From: a virus
Strand: one strand, 5' to 3'
Length of the DNA stretch: 64,000 bases
Virus record (IMG/VR): IMGVR_UViG_3300045988_175002
Positions 54,900 to 63,948 of the stretch are shown here, piece after piece. Numbering within the stretch: the stretch's first letter is position 1; every line of letters starts with the position of its first letter. The notes beneath the pieces were generated by a model, which was not told where the DNA came from, searched no databases, and saw only the letters and a program-made list of their open reading frames with translations. Position numbers and translations under genes: made by a program.

Positions 54900-55355
54900 A
54901 TGGTCAAGAACATCAAACGCAACGCTTTCGCAACCGGAATGCAGGACAAGCGTGACATGCGCCCATTGGAATCACCGGAAAACATTAGCGAACCGAACAC
55001 GGAGCAGGAACCGACACAGGCCGTTCCTGAAACGCGGGAACCGTCAGACCAGTCAGTCCAAACGTCCGCCGACATGCATGCCCAAACGCTCACGGAGGAA
55101 GAAGCCGACCGTCGGGCACGGCTCATCACCGACATAACCCGTCCTGAAACACCGGCACCATCCGAAACGCATCAGCCGCCGAAAGAGAAAAGAATCGGCA
55201 GCAACGTCACCGTCGAGAACTGGCGGGCATGGAAATTGAAAAGCATCGAATACGGGACGAAGCAGGCTGTATTGTTGAATGCCGCGATGGATTACTGTTT
55301 CCAGCAGGGGCACTTCGACCAGACGCTCATCGACAAGTATGAGCAGAAGGAATAG
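54900..55355 (+). CDS. putative partition centromere-binding partner protein (ParB/ParG-like, 151 aa)
   Basis: Immediately downstream of parA. A Glu/Pro-rich linker is followed by a C-terminal alpha-helical DNA-binding-like segment (GSNVTVENWRAWKLKSIEYGTKQAVLLNAAMDY). The assignment is by position. Confidence 0.4.
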   Translation: MVKNIKRNAFATGMQDKRDMRPLESPENISEPNTEQEPTQAVPETREPSDQSVQTSADMHAQTLTEEEADRRARLITDITRPETPAPSETHQPPKEKRIGSNVTVENWRAWKLKSIEYGTKQAVLLNAAMDYCFQQGHFDQTLIDKYEQKE

Positions 55356-55463
55356 GTTCCGGTATACTAATATTCGGATGAACAAAAAGACTTCATCGAA
55401 GTCTTCCAGATGGGGCGACACTCACAACAGAGCGGACGCCCCATTGGTTTCTCTAAAACACAG

Positions 55464-56333
55464 TCAGGATACGAACGGGTTCATCGGCTCTTCATCGTCT
55501 GCCACGCCCGCGTCCGTGTCGGCATCATCGTTGGCCGACTGGATGGAAGGGAGACTGGGACGGACTATGACACCGGTTTCCGTGATTTCGGCTTTCAATT
55601 CCGGCCATGCGAGCTGAATCTTCTCCAACGCTCTCTTGAACTTGCGTCTGAATTCACGCATCGGATACCCGTCATACTTGAACTGCATCAACAGGGCTTC
55701 CCATGTCACGCGCGTCTCATGGCGCATGGCATGGGCACGGAACGCGAGCCACTGGTATACGTCCAACGCGAGGGCATCGTTGCGAAGCTGGCGAACGATG
55801 GATGGGTTGAGAGGAACGCAGTTCTCGGTCAGCAGTGCCCACATCTCGGGGGAGAACTTTATGTAAGACTTCTTTGCCCCATCATCGTCGTAGTTGAGTG
55901 ACACTATGTTGGCAACGAAGAAAGAGTGGGCTGTGAATCCGCCAGTGGACCAGTTTTCAAGGACGATGGAGGTTGTTGCTAGATTCCTGACCATGTTCAT
56001 CACCGTCTCCTTGCTGGACCCTGAATAGTGGATTCCAGTGCTCTTGCAGAATGAACGATAGGTGTCGTCCAAGTAGACGGTATGATTCTCTGCGTCCACG
56101 CAGTCGCTACTGTTCTTGATGAGAGAACGGATGTGGATGAGGAACATTCTGGGGGCTGCTCCGTATGCCCATTCTCCGGTGGAGGCCGAGACTGTGATTG
56201 ACGTGTTTCCGTTAATTTTTCTCATGGACTGAGATTCCGGTTTCGACTGCGGCAGGAAACTCAGCTTCGACATAACCGACGGCGTGTAGTTGTATGTATT
56301 CGACTTGTAGAGGTCTTTGCTATGCTTGGTCAT
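55464..56333 (-). CDS. plasmid replication initiator-like protein (RepA-like, 289 aa)
   Basis: ATG at 56331-56333. A C-terminal winged-helix-like region (YQWLAFRAHAMRHETRVTWEALLMQFKYDGYPMREFRRKFKRALEKI) is followed by an acidic tail. It is flanked upstream by iterons and palindromes and lies next to parAB. Confidence 0.45.
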   Translation of the reverse strand: MTKHSKDLYKSNTYNYTPSVMSKLSFLPQSKPESQSMRKINGNTSITVSASTGEWAYGAAPRMFLIHIRSLIKNSSDCVDAENHTVYLDDTYRSFCKSTGIHYSGSSKETVMNMVRNLATTSIVLENWSTGGFTAHSFFVANIVSLNYDDDGAKKSYIKFSPEMWALLTENCVPLNPSIVRQLRNDALALDVYQWLAFRAHAMRHETRVTWEALLMQFKYDGYPMREFRRKFKRALEKIQLAWPELKAEITETGVIVRPSLPSIQSANDDADTDAGVADDEEPMNPFVS

Positions 56334-56574
56334 GTGACCACGACTCCTTCAGTGTTAGGTGGTTGCCATTCCCCGGCTGGTTCCAACAGTGCGGGGATTT
56401 TCTTTTCTCAGAACAGTATACGTCACTACCCACCCCTTATAGATTCTTTTCTACCTTCCGTCTTTTTGTAGCTCCGAACTGCTTGCGAAAAAGGTCGAAC
56501 TGGGCATGAGGAAGTGCCACGGAGTGTGAGAAAGCGGAACCAAAAGTTGGAACTTCTGACACACATAGACAAAA

Positions 56575-56626
56575 AGTGGGCACTTTCGACACGGAAAGTG
56601 GGCACTTTCGACACGCTTTCGACCCG
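56575..56626. repeat. 19-bp direct repeats (iteron-like) x2 plus a partial third
   Basis: agtgggcactttcgacacg occurs at 56575-56593 and 56597-56615. A partial third copy, ctttcgac, follows. Confidence 0.6.
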
Positions 56627-56660
56627 AAACGCCTACTCCTGTAAGGGATTCCGGCACCTG

Positions 56661-56690
56661 CAAAAGATATACAAAAGATTACAAAAGATA
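56661..56690. repeat. AT-rich 10-bp tandem repeats (acaaaagat x3)
   Basis: caaaagatat / acaaaagatt / acaaaagata sit within a locally AT-rich region (56640-56820). Confidence 0.5.
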
Positions 56691-56791
56691 TTAATATCCC
56701 TTGTATTCCCTTCTTTTTCAAAAAACAAGTTTTTTCAAAAAGAAGCAAAAAATCAAAAAATTAGAATAAAACCATTTTTTTTGATTCTACG

Positions 56792-56945
56792 TTCAGACAG
56801 GTCTGAACCTGCTTAAGAGTATCCTCAAAGCTTTTAAGAAAAAAGTCATGTCAATATGACCGTTCAGACAGGGTGAACCCTGAGCGACGATTATCCTCAA
56901 TGCTGTTTTTCGTTTCAACAACTTTGGCGTTTAGACAGGTCTGAA
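56792..56945. promoter_or_regulatory. three copies of a 16-bp palindrome TTCAGACAGGTCTGAA (one degenerate): candidate centromere or operator
   Basis: 56792-56807 ttcagacaggtctgaa is perfect. 56863-56877 ttcagacagggtgaa is degenerate. 56930-56945 tttagacaggtctgaa has one mismatch. The copies are spaced ~70 bp apart. Confidence 0.55.
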
Positions 56946-57115
56946 TGTTTTCGAGGGAAGAGAGAAAAAGAAAAGTTCCGGAAAAAGAAAAACAGAGAAG
57001 CTGACACCGCCAGTGAATGCATGTAGAAAACCCCGAAGCCGATATAGGAAACCTCGGACGGAAGGTAGACTTGAAGACAGTGCATGACAAGCGGAAATGA
57101 ATTCGGAGCGGAACT

Positions 57116-58396
57116 GTGTTCGGAATCAAGAAAGACAAGAACGGCAAACAGCCGATGGGCCAGCAGAAGGCGAAGCAGAACCCGAACAATGAGACCGACC
57201 TGTTCGCTGACGAGAAGGAACGCAAGGACGAGATAGAACTCACCGCGTGGAAGAAGGCGTTGAAGAACACCCAGAAGTGGAAGGTTCTCATCATCCTGTT
57301 CATCTGCACCGGTCTCATCGCACCGATGATTTCCGTCCGCGCAATCAACACGTTGAACGAAATGGGTTCCTACCTGACGGAAAAGTACAAGGAAATCAGC
57401 GGCGACAAGCCCGGCAAGCAGGTCGCGTTGCAAGCCGTGTACAGTTGGCTGGATGATGACAAGGGCGCTTTCCAATATGGGTATGCGAATTTGTGGTGGA
57501 ATGGTGCCACTGAAGTCAGCACTTCCACGTCGGATGATTCCGATGGTGCCACGACTCAGTATTGGAGCCATCAGATGTCCCTCACCGACAAGTCGGATGG
57601 AAGCACGAGGGATATCACCCAGCTTGTCGCCGTCACCGATGGTGTGGCTACTGCGGTGGGAACGCCGACCGTGCTTCCAAAGACCGTCACTTCGAACAGC
57701 AATACGGACACGTACCGTCCCGACGGTTACATTCAGCTTGACCAGAACACAAGCCTGACGAACGTGGTCAGCGCTTGGTCTAAAGCGTACATCGGCAAAG
57801 ACGCCAACGCTTTGACGGTACTTGTCGGAGACCCGAACAGCGACCACATGTACCAGCCAGCAAGCTTGGGTTCGTATCTGAACTCGTCCCTCGACTGGCT
57901 TGTGCAATGCACCAAGGACGGCAAGACCGTTGACAAGCAGAACAAGTCCGACAATCCCGAATGGGCGGCGGCGAGCGTCAGCATCTCGTTCAAACCCTAC
58001 GAGAAGAAGGTTGACGCAAGCGCCGCCAACGACCCGAACGCGGACACTGGTTCAACGAGCAACGTGGAGACGAGCGTCACCGTCCTCATCCACAATCCGA
58101 CCCGTGGTAGCGTGAAAATCGTTGACTGGGGTGCCGAAGGCAGTCTGACCACGTTGAAGGCGTTCAGCAATGCCATCGACCGTTCTCTGATTGGCTCCTC
58201 CAGCAGTGATGACGATGATGATTCTTCCGATTCCAGTTCATCGGATTCCGATAGCGGTTCCGGTGATGACGGTTCCGACAATGACGATTCCGACTCCTCC
58301 GATTCGGATTCGTCCGACAACAACGGCAGTAATTCATCCCAGAATTCCGACGACGGTTCCGTAACCGGCGACCCCAATGAGGGGCCGAACGACTAA
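57116..58396 (+). CDS. hypothetical single-pass membrane/secreted protein with C-terminal Ser/Asp-rich low-complexity tail (426 aa)
   Basis: GTG start. TM helice WKVLIILFICTGLIAPMISV. The C-terminus reads SSSDDDDDSSDSSSSDSDSGSGDDGSDNDDSDSSDSDSSDNNGSNSS. Confidence 0.5.
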   Translation: MFGIKKDKNGKQPMGQQKAKQNPNNETDLFADEKERKDEIELTAWKKALKNTQKWKVLIILFICTGLIAPMISVRAINTLNEMGSYLTEKYKEISGDKPGKQVALQAVYSWLDDDKGAFQYGYANLWWNGATEVSTSTSDDSDGATTQYWSHQMSLTDKSDGSTRDITQLVAVTDGVATAVGTPTVLPKTVTSNSNTDTYRPDGYIQLDQNTSLTNVVSAWSKAYIGKDANALTVLVGDPNSDHMYQPASLGSYLNSSLDWLVQCTKDGKTVDKQNKSDNPEWAAASVSISFKPYEKKVDASAANDPNADTGSTSNVETSVTVLIHNPTRGSVKIVDWGAEGSLTTLKAFSNAIDRSLIGSSSSDDDDDSSDSSSSDSDSGSGDDGSDNDDSDSSDSDSSDNNGSNSSQNSDDGSVTGDPNEGPND

Positions 58397-58415
58397 TCCG
58401 AAAGGAAAACTAAAA

Positions 58416-58550
58416 TGACAGGACACAACAAGCCCAGTGAGGGCGACAAGTTCGCTGAGTTCATCAACAGCAACGGCCCGTTGACCGGTGCGATTATCGC
58501 CATCGCGTTCATCGTGTGCCTCGTCATCAGCATCATCTTGAACCTGTGAT
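58416..58550 (+). CDS. hypothetical small membrane peptide (44 aa)
   Basis: ATG with a GGAAAACTAAAATG ribosome-binding site. One TM helix (AIIAIAFIVCLVISIILNL). Not in the ORF track (under 60 aa). Confidence 0.25.
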
Positions 58551-58571
58551 GAGAATTTTTGGAGGTTTCCT

Positions 58572-59597
58572 ATGGCTAAGAAGAAAGGCGGAATGTCCGC
58601 CGGTTCCCTGATTGGCGGCATTCTGGTCGTGTTGACGGCCATGGTGCTCATCGTGAATCTTGGATTGTGGACTCCCATGTCGAAGATTTTCGGATTGCCG
58701 GAAATCAACAGTCTGTCCCAGTTGATGCCGGGTGAGGATTCCAAGGTGAAGCCGGATGTGAAATTGGGGTTGAAGGAGCCTTCCTTGAAGTCGTCCGGCT
58801 CTAATTCGCAAACCAATACTCCAGAAGCCACAGAAACGCCCTCAGAAACGACGCAGACGCAAAACGGGGACAATTCCTCAAGTCAGACACAAAAGACCGC
58901 TACAGGCGTCCCTGAAGGCGCTTTAAGCCCCATTACCACGAAACAGGCGCTCGACAAACTCGCTGACATCGAAACCGCCACCCCACACACCAAAGGCTAC
59001 AACCGTAAAACCGACTTCGGCACATGGCAGAACAGCAACCAGCTGTGCAGATACGGCACGACCCGCGACTACATCCTCAAACGCGACATGACCGACGTGA
59101 CCATGGACAAGAACTGCAAGGTGCTCACCGGAACCCTCCAAGACCCATACACAGGCAAGACCATCAAATTCCAACGCGACACCTACGAGACCATCAACGG
59201 CAAACAGAAGAAAACAGGCGGAGACAGCATGGCCGTCCAAATCGACCATGTGGTGGCGGTCAACGACGCTTGGGCCAGTGGACTGTGGAAGGACTCGCGT
59301 AAGGGCGACCGCATCACCTACGCGAACGACCCGGAAGTGCTTGTCGCGTCCGAAGGTGAGGCAAACAACATCAAACAGCAGGGCGTGAACCTCGTGAAGG
59401 ATGATGCCTTGAACGGTTCCTCGACCAAGTGGAAGGACGCAACGCCCAGCATTTGGCTCCCGTCCAACAAGACGTACCAATGCTCGTATATGGCTAAACG
59501 CGTGTACATCAAAGACAAGTACAAGCTGTCCATGAGCAGTTGGGAGAAGGCCGAAACGAAAACGTTCCTCACGCAATGCGTTGCAGATGAGAACTGA
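58572..59597 (+). CDS. membrane-anchored extracellular HNH-type nuclease (DUF1524/GmrSD-C-like His-Me finger)
   Basis: An N-terminal TM (LIGGILVVLTAMVLIVNL) is followed by a Ser/Thr/Gln-rich linker. The C-terminal domain carries GYNRKTDFGTWQ...CRYGTTRDYILKRD...QIDHVVAVNDAWASG, with a His-Me finger DH...N pattern. Confidence 0.55.
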   Translation: MAKKKGGMSAGSLIGGILVVLTAMVLIVNLGLWTPMSKIFGLPEINSLSQLMPGEDSKVKPDVKLGLKEPSLKSSGSNSQTNTPEATETPSETTQTQNGDNSSSQTQKTATGVPEGALSPITTKQALDKLADIETATPHTKGYNRKTDFGTWQNSNQLCRYGTTRDYILKRDMTDVTMDKNCKVLTGTLQDPYTGKTIKFQRDTYETINGKQKKTGGDSMAVQIDHVVAVNDAWASGLWKDSRKGDRITYANDPEVLVASEGEANNIKQQGVNLVKDDALNGSSTKWKDATPSIWLPSNKTYQCSYMAKRVYIKDKYKLSMSSWEKAETKTFLTQCVADEN

Positions 59598-60172
59598 TAG
59601 CCTGTTTCTCCATGCGACCCGTCGCCCGTAAAGTATGGTTATAGATTCCATATGAGGGCGGCGGGTTGTCTTTTTGTATGAGAGATAAGGGTTTGCAATG
59701 TCCGATGTCAAAAAAAATTCAGAGTACGAAATTGAAAACTATGACGAACATGTAAACGCGGTAGGAGATAGCTCTGCACCTGTTTCTCTCCTCTTGGGAA
59801 TAGGTGTCGGTGGTTTTGACGAAAAAGATTACAGAGATTATCTGGAAGAGAAAAACACGCGTTGAACCCCTTGTCAGAAAAATTTTTCCTGTTTTTCCGG
59901 TTTCTCGCTCGATGAATGTTCGAGGTCGTTTACTGTGACAGTTGAGACCGGGTTTTCGTGGTATATCTTCCACCATCTGGTTTCTTCCCCGGTCTCTGTG
60001 GAAAGCTCCTCTCGGGGAGTGTGTTTCGGGTTCCGCCACCCGTGTGTGGATTCTTTTTTGGGTGGCGGAACCATTTTCTTTCCTAATTGGCATTGTGGCG
60101 ATTCGAGAAGAGAATGATGTTATACTAGAAGCGTTCACACAATAACAGAAAAAGCCAGCCAAGGAGAAAAAC

Positions 60173-60544
60173 ATGAGCAACTACTTCAACAGCATCGAAC
60201 ATCAAATCAACCTCATGCTCGACAGGGAACAAGACCTCCAAGACGAACAGGAACAGCGTCTACGGGACATTCACGACGGCATTGGGGACTACGTGCTGTT
60301 GCCCGAAGGCGACCCGTGGAACATCGATGACTACGAGCAAGACCCACGGCCCACCAACGTCAACAACACTTGCAGTCACGGACTCTATGTTGACGAAGGT
60401 GTGAGATCTGGAACCATGTATCATCTCAACCCCGACCTTGGACTGTGGGCGGCTTGTGACGACTACGAGGACATAGAAAAAATGGTCAGGGAAGGCAAGA
60501 CGCTCACCCAGCCCATTGACGATTACGATTCGAAGCTCGCCTGA
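60173..60544 (+). CDS. hypothetical acidic protein (123 aa)
   Basis: ATG with an AAGGAGAAAAACATG ribosome-binding site. Confidence 0.45.
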   Translation: MSNYFNSIEHQINLMLDREQDLQDEQEQRLRDIHDGIGDYVLLPEGDPWNIDDYEQDPRPTNVNNTCSHGLYVDEGVRSGTMYHLNPDLGLWAACDDYEDIEKMVREGKTLTQPIDDYDSKLA

Positions 60545-60627
60545 GAAAGAATTTTTCCTACAACCTTCCTTGTTTGCGAAAAACTACGTTATAGTGGAAC
60601 CAGTCACAAACAAGGAAGGTTTCTTTT

Positions 60628-60960
60628 TTGAACACCGAAACGGACATCACGGACAGTCAAAACCAACAACGTTCCCGTCCGCGCAAAGACCTTGACACCG
60701 TAGGCGGATTCCTTGACTCCTGCAAGGACGAGACGCCAATCCTGCTTTACTTCAACACAAACGACGGAATACAAAGAATCCCCCACATCCTAGGAGACCC
60801 GCCTACCGTCGGACAACTCCGACTCAACAAATATCTGCGGCCACTGAAAATCCAACGAAGAGTCCGCTACCAGATTGCCGGAACCAGCGACACCGGCTGG
60901 GTCATCCGGGTCGATGAACGATTCAAGAAAAAGAAATACGTCAAAGCGTCGAAAGCCTGA
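60628..60960 (+). CDS. hypothetical basic protein (110 aa)
   Basis: TTG start with an AAGGAAGG ribosome-binding site 8 nt upstream. Confidence 0.4.
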   Translation: MNTETDITDSQNQQRSRPRKDLDTVGGFLDSCKDETPILLYFNTNDGIQRIPHILGDPPTVGQLRLNKYLRPLKIQRRVRYQIAGTSDTGWVIRVDERFKKKKYVKASKA

Positions 60961-61714
60961 ATCCTTGGAATATCAGAACAACACCGTGAACAAAAACTGC
61001 CTATACTCCAACGGAGACCGGGAAGCGGTCTTGCAGACCATCTTCCGTAGGGGAGTCCTCCCACAGGTCGTGGTGTACGCGCTCGGACTACTGGTGGCGG
61101 TATGGCTCCTCGCATATTCGAACTCCCTGACGGGAGGATGGAAAATCATCTTCCTGTTCCTGTCCATCCTGAACTTCGTGTCCGGAATCCGTGGACTCGT
61201 CAAGGTCGGCGTCAACTGGACGACGCTCCGTGACTGCGCGTATCCGAACATCGACGCGAACGCGGCTGAAACATGGGATTTGGCGGTATGGCTCGCCAAC
61301 AGTCCGCAATTCGGAGGAACCCCAATCCGGGATATGCGACAGCAGGAACTACGTGAGGCATTGGATGAGTACGGGACACTGTTCCAAGCGAACAATCCCG
61401 AAGACGTGACCGTCCAACTGAACCGGTTGGAACGGCTCATGCACGAAGTGGATTGGACGGGCCAATACGTTCATGCGCTCCTTCTATTCCGACAGTTGAA
61501 AGACTCGCATCTCAAATATTGGAGCCAACTGGACGAAGCCTACCGTCAAACGTTAATAAAACTGACGTCAGGCATGCGTTTGGAAAACCTAAGCGAAGAC
61601 GTGCAACTCTCCCCACACCGCATGGTCATCTTGGACGGATTGCAGATTAACTGCGGACTGCATGGTACCGCAGGAAAATACACCGTCGGCTACGAGGACG
61701 GCGGAGTCCTGTGA
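60914..61714 (+). CDS. hypothetical membrane protein (266 aa; two TM helices near N-terminus)
   Basis: Start uncertain (ATG at 60875 or 60914); both overlap the previous ORF. TM helices VVVYALGLLVAVWLLAY and IIFLFLSILNFVSGI. Confidence 0.4.
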   Translation: MNDSRKRNTSKRRKPESLEYQNNTVNKNCLYSNGDREAVLQTIFRRGVLPQVVVYALGLLVAVWLLAYSNSLTGGWKIIFLFLSILNFVSGIRGLVKVGVNWTTLRDCAYPNIDANAAETWDLAVWLANSPQFGGTPIRDMRQQELREALDEYGTLFQANNPEDVTVQLNRLERLMHEVDWTGQYVHALLLFRQLKDSHLKYWSQLDEAYRQTLIKLTSGMRLENLSEDVQLSPHRMVILDGLQINCGLHGTAGKYTVGYEDGGVL

Positions 61715-62028
61715 ACTATCAGATGCTACGGGACGCTCGCACCGGACGAATCCACCTGTTCTCCAACAATTGTTGGATGCTTAGGGATTGGGTGGCGAAA
61801 AACATCGGATTGGACGAGAACGGCGTAGCTCTCATACGCAGACTCGACCTGTTGGAAATGGAAAAATACTCCACCAAAATGATGGACAATCCCGAATCGT
61901 CCAGTGAGGAATACTGGCAAGCCAAAACCATGCATGACGGCATCGTCAAAACGTTCGAGGAACTATCACCTGTCGCACGAATCGAATACTGGGACTGTTT
62001 TAACGACACTCCCGTCAACATCCTCTGA
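61711..62028 (+). CDS. hypothetical protein (105 aa)
   Basis: GTG start overlapping the upstream stop. Confidence 0.4.
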   Translation: MNYQMLRDARTGRIHLFSNNCWMLRDWVAKNIGLDENGVALIRRLDLLEMEKYSTKMMDNPESSSEEYWQAKTMHDGIVKTFEELSPVARIEYWDCFNDTPVNIL

Positions 62029-62066
62029 TTTTAGAAAAAAACACAAAACCTCTGAAAGGAGCAGCA

Positions 62067-62510
62067 TTGGACGAACAATCCTCCACCCAACGTTTCCGTG
62101 TTCTCATGGCCGGTATCAGCGAAGGTGAGACCAGAATCCTCTACAACATCGAAAAAGGAAGGTTGACCGCCGACATTCTCAAAAGCAACATCGGCAGACG
62201 ACTGCTGGATGCCGGACTCATCCGACGTAACGGACAATCAGCCCCATCCCTCACCAAGGATGGCATGCGCCTCGTATCCACGCTCGCCCAAGGCGAGGCA
62301 GACCGTCCAATCCGACTATACGAGCGCAACAGCGAAACACTGCTCCGCCAAGCCGGACAGGGAACGGCCAACGCATACAAGGCCGGTTTCGAAAACGCCG
62401 CCGTCGAACTGCTGAACGACAAGCTGGTTCACCTCGACATCGCAACAGGCGCTCTGACGCCGCTCCCTGCGGGACGGGAACTATTGGAACGACTGGAGCA
62501 GACGGCTTGA
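62067..62510 (+). CDS. hypothetical protein (147 aa)
   Basis: TTG start with a GAAAGGAG ribosome-binding site. Confidence 0.45.
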   Translation: MDEQSSTQRFRVLMAGISEGETRILYNIEKGRLTADILKSNIGRRLLDAGLIRRNGQSAPSLTKDGMRLVSTLAQGEADRPIRLYERNSETLLRQAGQGTANAYKAGFENAAVELLNDKLVHLDIATGALTPLPAGRELLERLEQTA

Positions 62511-62545
62511 AGCCTTGGTTCCAAGACGACACGCTGACGCTCTAT

Positions 62546-62582
62546 GATTGGAAGACTGCCGTATTTATACTTCCTTTTACTT
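62546..62582. repeat. 37-bp direct repeat, copy 2 (first copy at 38788..38824)
   Basis: gattggaagactgccgtatttatacttccttTtactt. Confidence 0.6.
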
Positions 62583-62696
62583 TGAGCAGGAAGCCCCGCC
62601 TCTACAGGCGGGGGAGAATGTCACACGAACAATATTTGGAATTGAGTCTGCGAGACCGTCTGAATCAGCCTGCGTTCTTATAGGAGATTGGGAAAA

Positions 62697-62900
62697 ATGC
62701 TGTCGTTATTATCGCAACAGAATGTGCTTATCGCATTGGCTGTGGGAGCTATCATATTGGCGCTCATGTTCCTCATCCCCGCCGTCGAGGAACTGGTCGG
62801 CATGTATACTCCGTTGGGAGAATTCTGCGAACGACCGAACATGAGATGGGCTGTGGTCATCCTGACCGTCGTGGCGGTTCTCACGGTAGTGGTCATCTGA
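62697..62900 (+). CDS. hypothetical small membrane protein (67 aa, two TM helices)
   Basis: ATG at 62697 with an AGGAG ribosome-binding site 9 nt upstream. The track ORF starts at an alternative TTG at 62688. Confidence 0.4.
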   Translation: MLSLLSQQNVLIALAVGAIILALMFLIPAVEELVGMYTPLGEFCERPNMRWAVVILTVVAVLTVVVI

Positions 62901-63071
62901 CTTTTCCTTGACGGGGACGGCTTGATAAAACTGGTACCCTCGCTACTCGCATTCAGACATGAACGACAATATTCGCCTCCGCTTGAACAAGGCGATTGAA
63001 ACCACCGATTCTGAGGAATTCGTGGACATTGCCTACAAGCTGGGACTGTTCCTTACGGAAGGGGAAGACGA

Positions 63072-63698
63072 TTGAGCGTCGAAGAAACAGGAGTTTGGAC
63101 GGAAACTTATCCAAAAGAACCTTGCCCATTCTGCGGAAAAACGGTTGCTATTCGAATCAGCGAGATTCTTATTGTGGACAAAAAATACTGGAAAGTCCGT
63201 ATTTTCGACGATAGTGGTTGCCCGTTGTCCGCAATGTTCGAGCGGGGCTTGCGAATGGGGTCAGCGGGGGAAGTGTGTGCCGTTCTTAAAAAGGATTGGC
63301 ATGAGATTGTGGAAACCGTTTCCACTATGCCGGTTTGTCCCGAATGTGGACGCTCCCCGGTTTGTCGTTATTCCACGAACCTCGACCGTTGGATTATCCT
63401 TTGCGAAAAAGGACATTTGAGAACGGATGAGGCTTTCGTTCTCTCTGCCATGAGGAATTGGAACAAGAAAGTCGGTCAATATGTTTGCGACAATCAGAAC
63501 CAACGACTCGGTCAATGTCTGACGGAGTTTTGGTATCAAGGGGATACGTCGGACGAGAATCTTCCGGAATTCATGAGGCAAAGCTGGCGTGAACGAAAAC
63601 GTGAATTACCATCCGCTCCGCCGTTGCGTCATCTGCAACGAATCAGTGGAGGCCGACGACCCGACATGCGCGGTCTGCGGCCAACCGGCTTGCAGTAA
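63072..63698 (+). CDS. hypothetical Cys-rich zinc-ribbon protein (208 aa)
   Basis: TTG start. Two CxxC pairs (CPFCGKT...CPLSA and CPECGRSPVC). Confidence 0.35.
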   Translation: MSVEETGVWTETYPKEPCPFCGKTVAIRISEILIVDKKYWKVRIFDDSGCPLSAMFERGLRMGSAGEVCAVLKKDWHEIVETVSTMPVCPECGRSPVCRYSTNLDRWIILCEKGHLRTDEAFVLSAMRNWNKKVGQYVCDNQNQRLGQCLTEFWYQGDTSDENLPEFMRQSWRERKRELPSAPPLRHLQRISGGRRPDMRGLRPTGLQ

Positions 63699-63948
63699 CC
63701 ACGCTTACGACGTGGGTGGCGGCGAATGGTATTGCGCCGACTGCCACCACGGAAAAACTCACCCGTGCGCGGACTGTGGTGCGCCATCCCATTGGCGGTG
63801 CAAGGATTGCGGCAAATGGGTTTGCAAAAACCATTCGACATTCGTCGCGGTTCAAGGTGAGGAATTCTATACTCTTTTCGGCTACTACTGCGATAATGAT
63901 TTACGTTGGGAACTAGCGGAAGAACAAGCTAAGGAGGTGACGTTGTGA
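63589..63948 (+). CDS. hypothetical Cys-rich zinc-finger protein (119 aa)
   Basis: GTG start. Contains CVICN...CAVCGQPAC...CADCHHG...CADCGAPSHWRCKDCGKWVC, a run of CxxC pairs. Overlaps the previous ORF by 110 nt in another frame, so one of the two may be mis-called. Confidence 0.35.
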   Translation: MNENVNYHPLRRCVICNESVEADDPTCAVCGQPACSNHAYDVGGGEWYCADCHHGKTHPCADCGAPSHWRCKDCGKWVCKNHSTFVAVQGEEFYTLFGYYCDNDLRWELAEEQAKEVTL

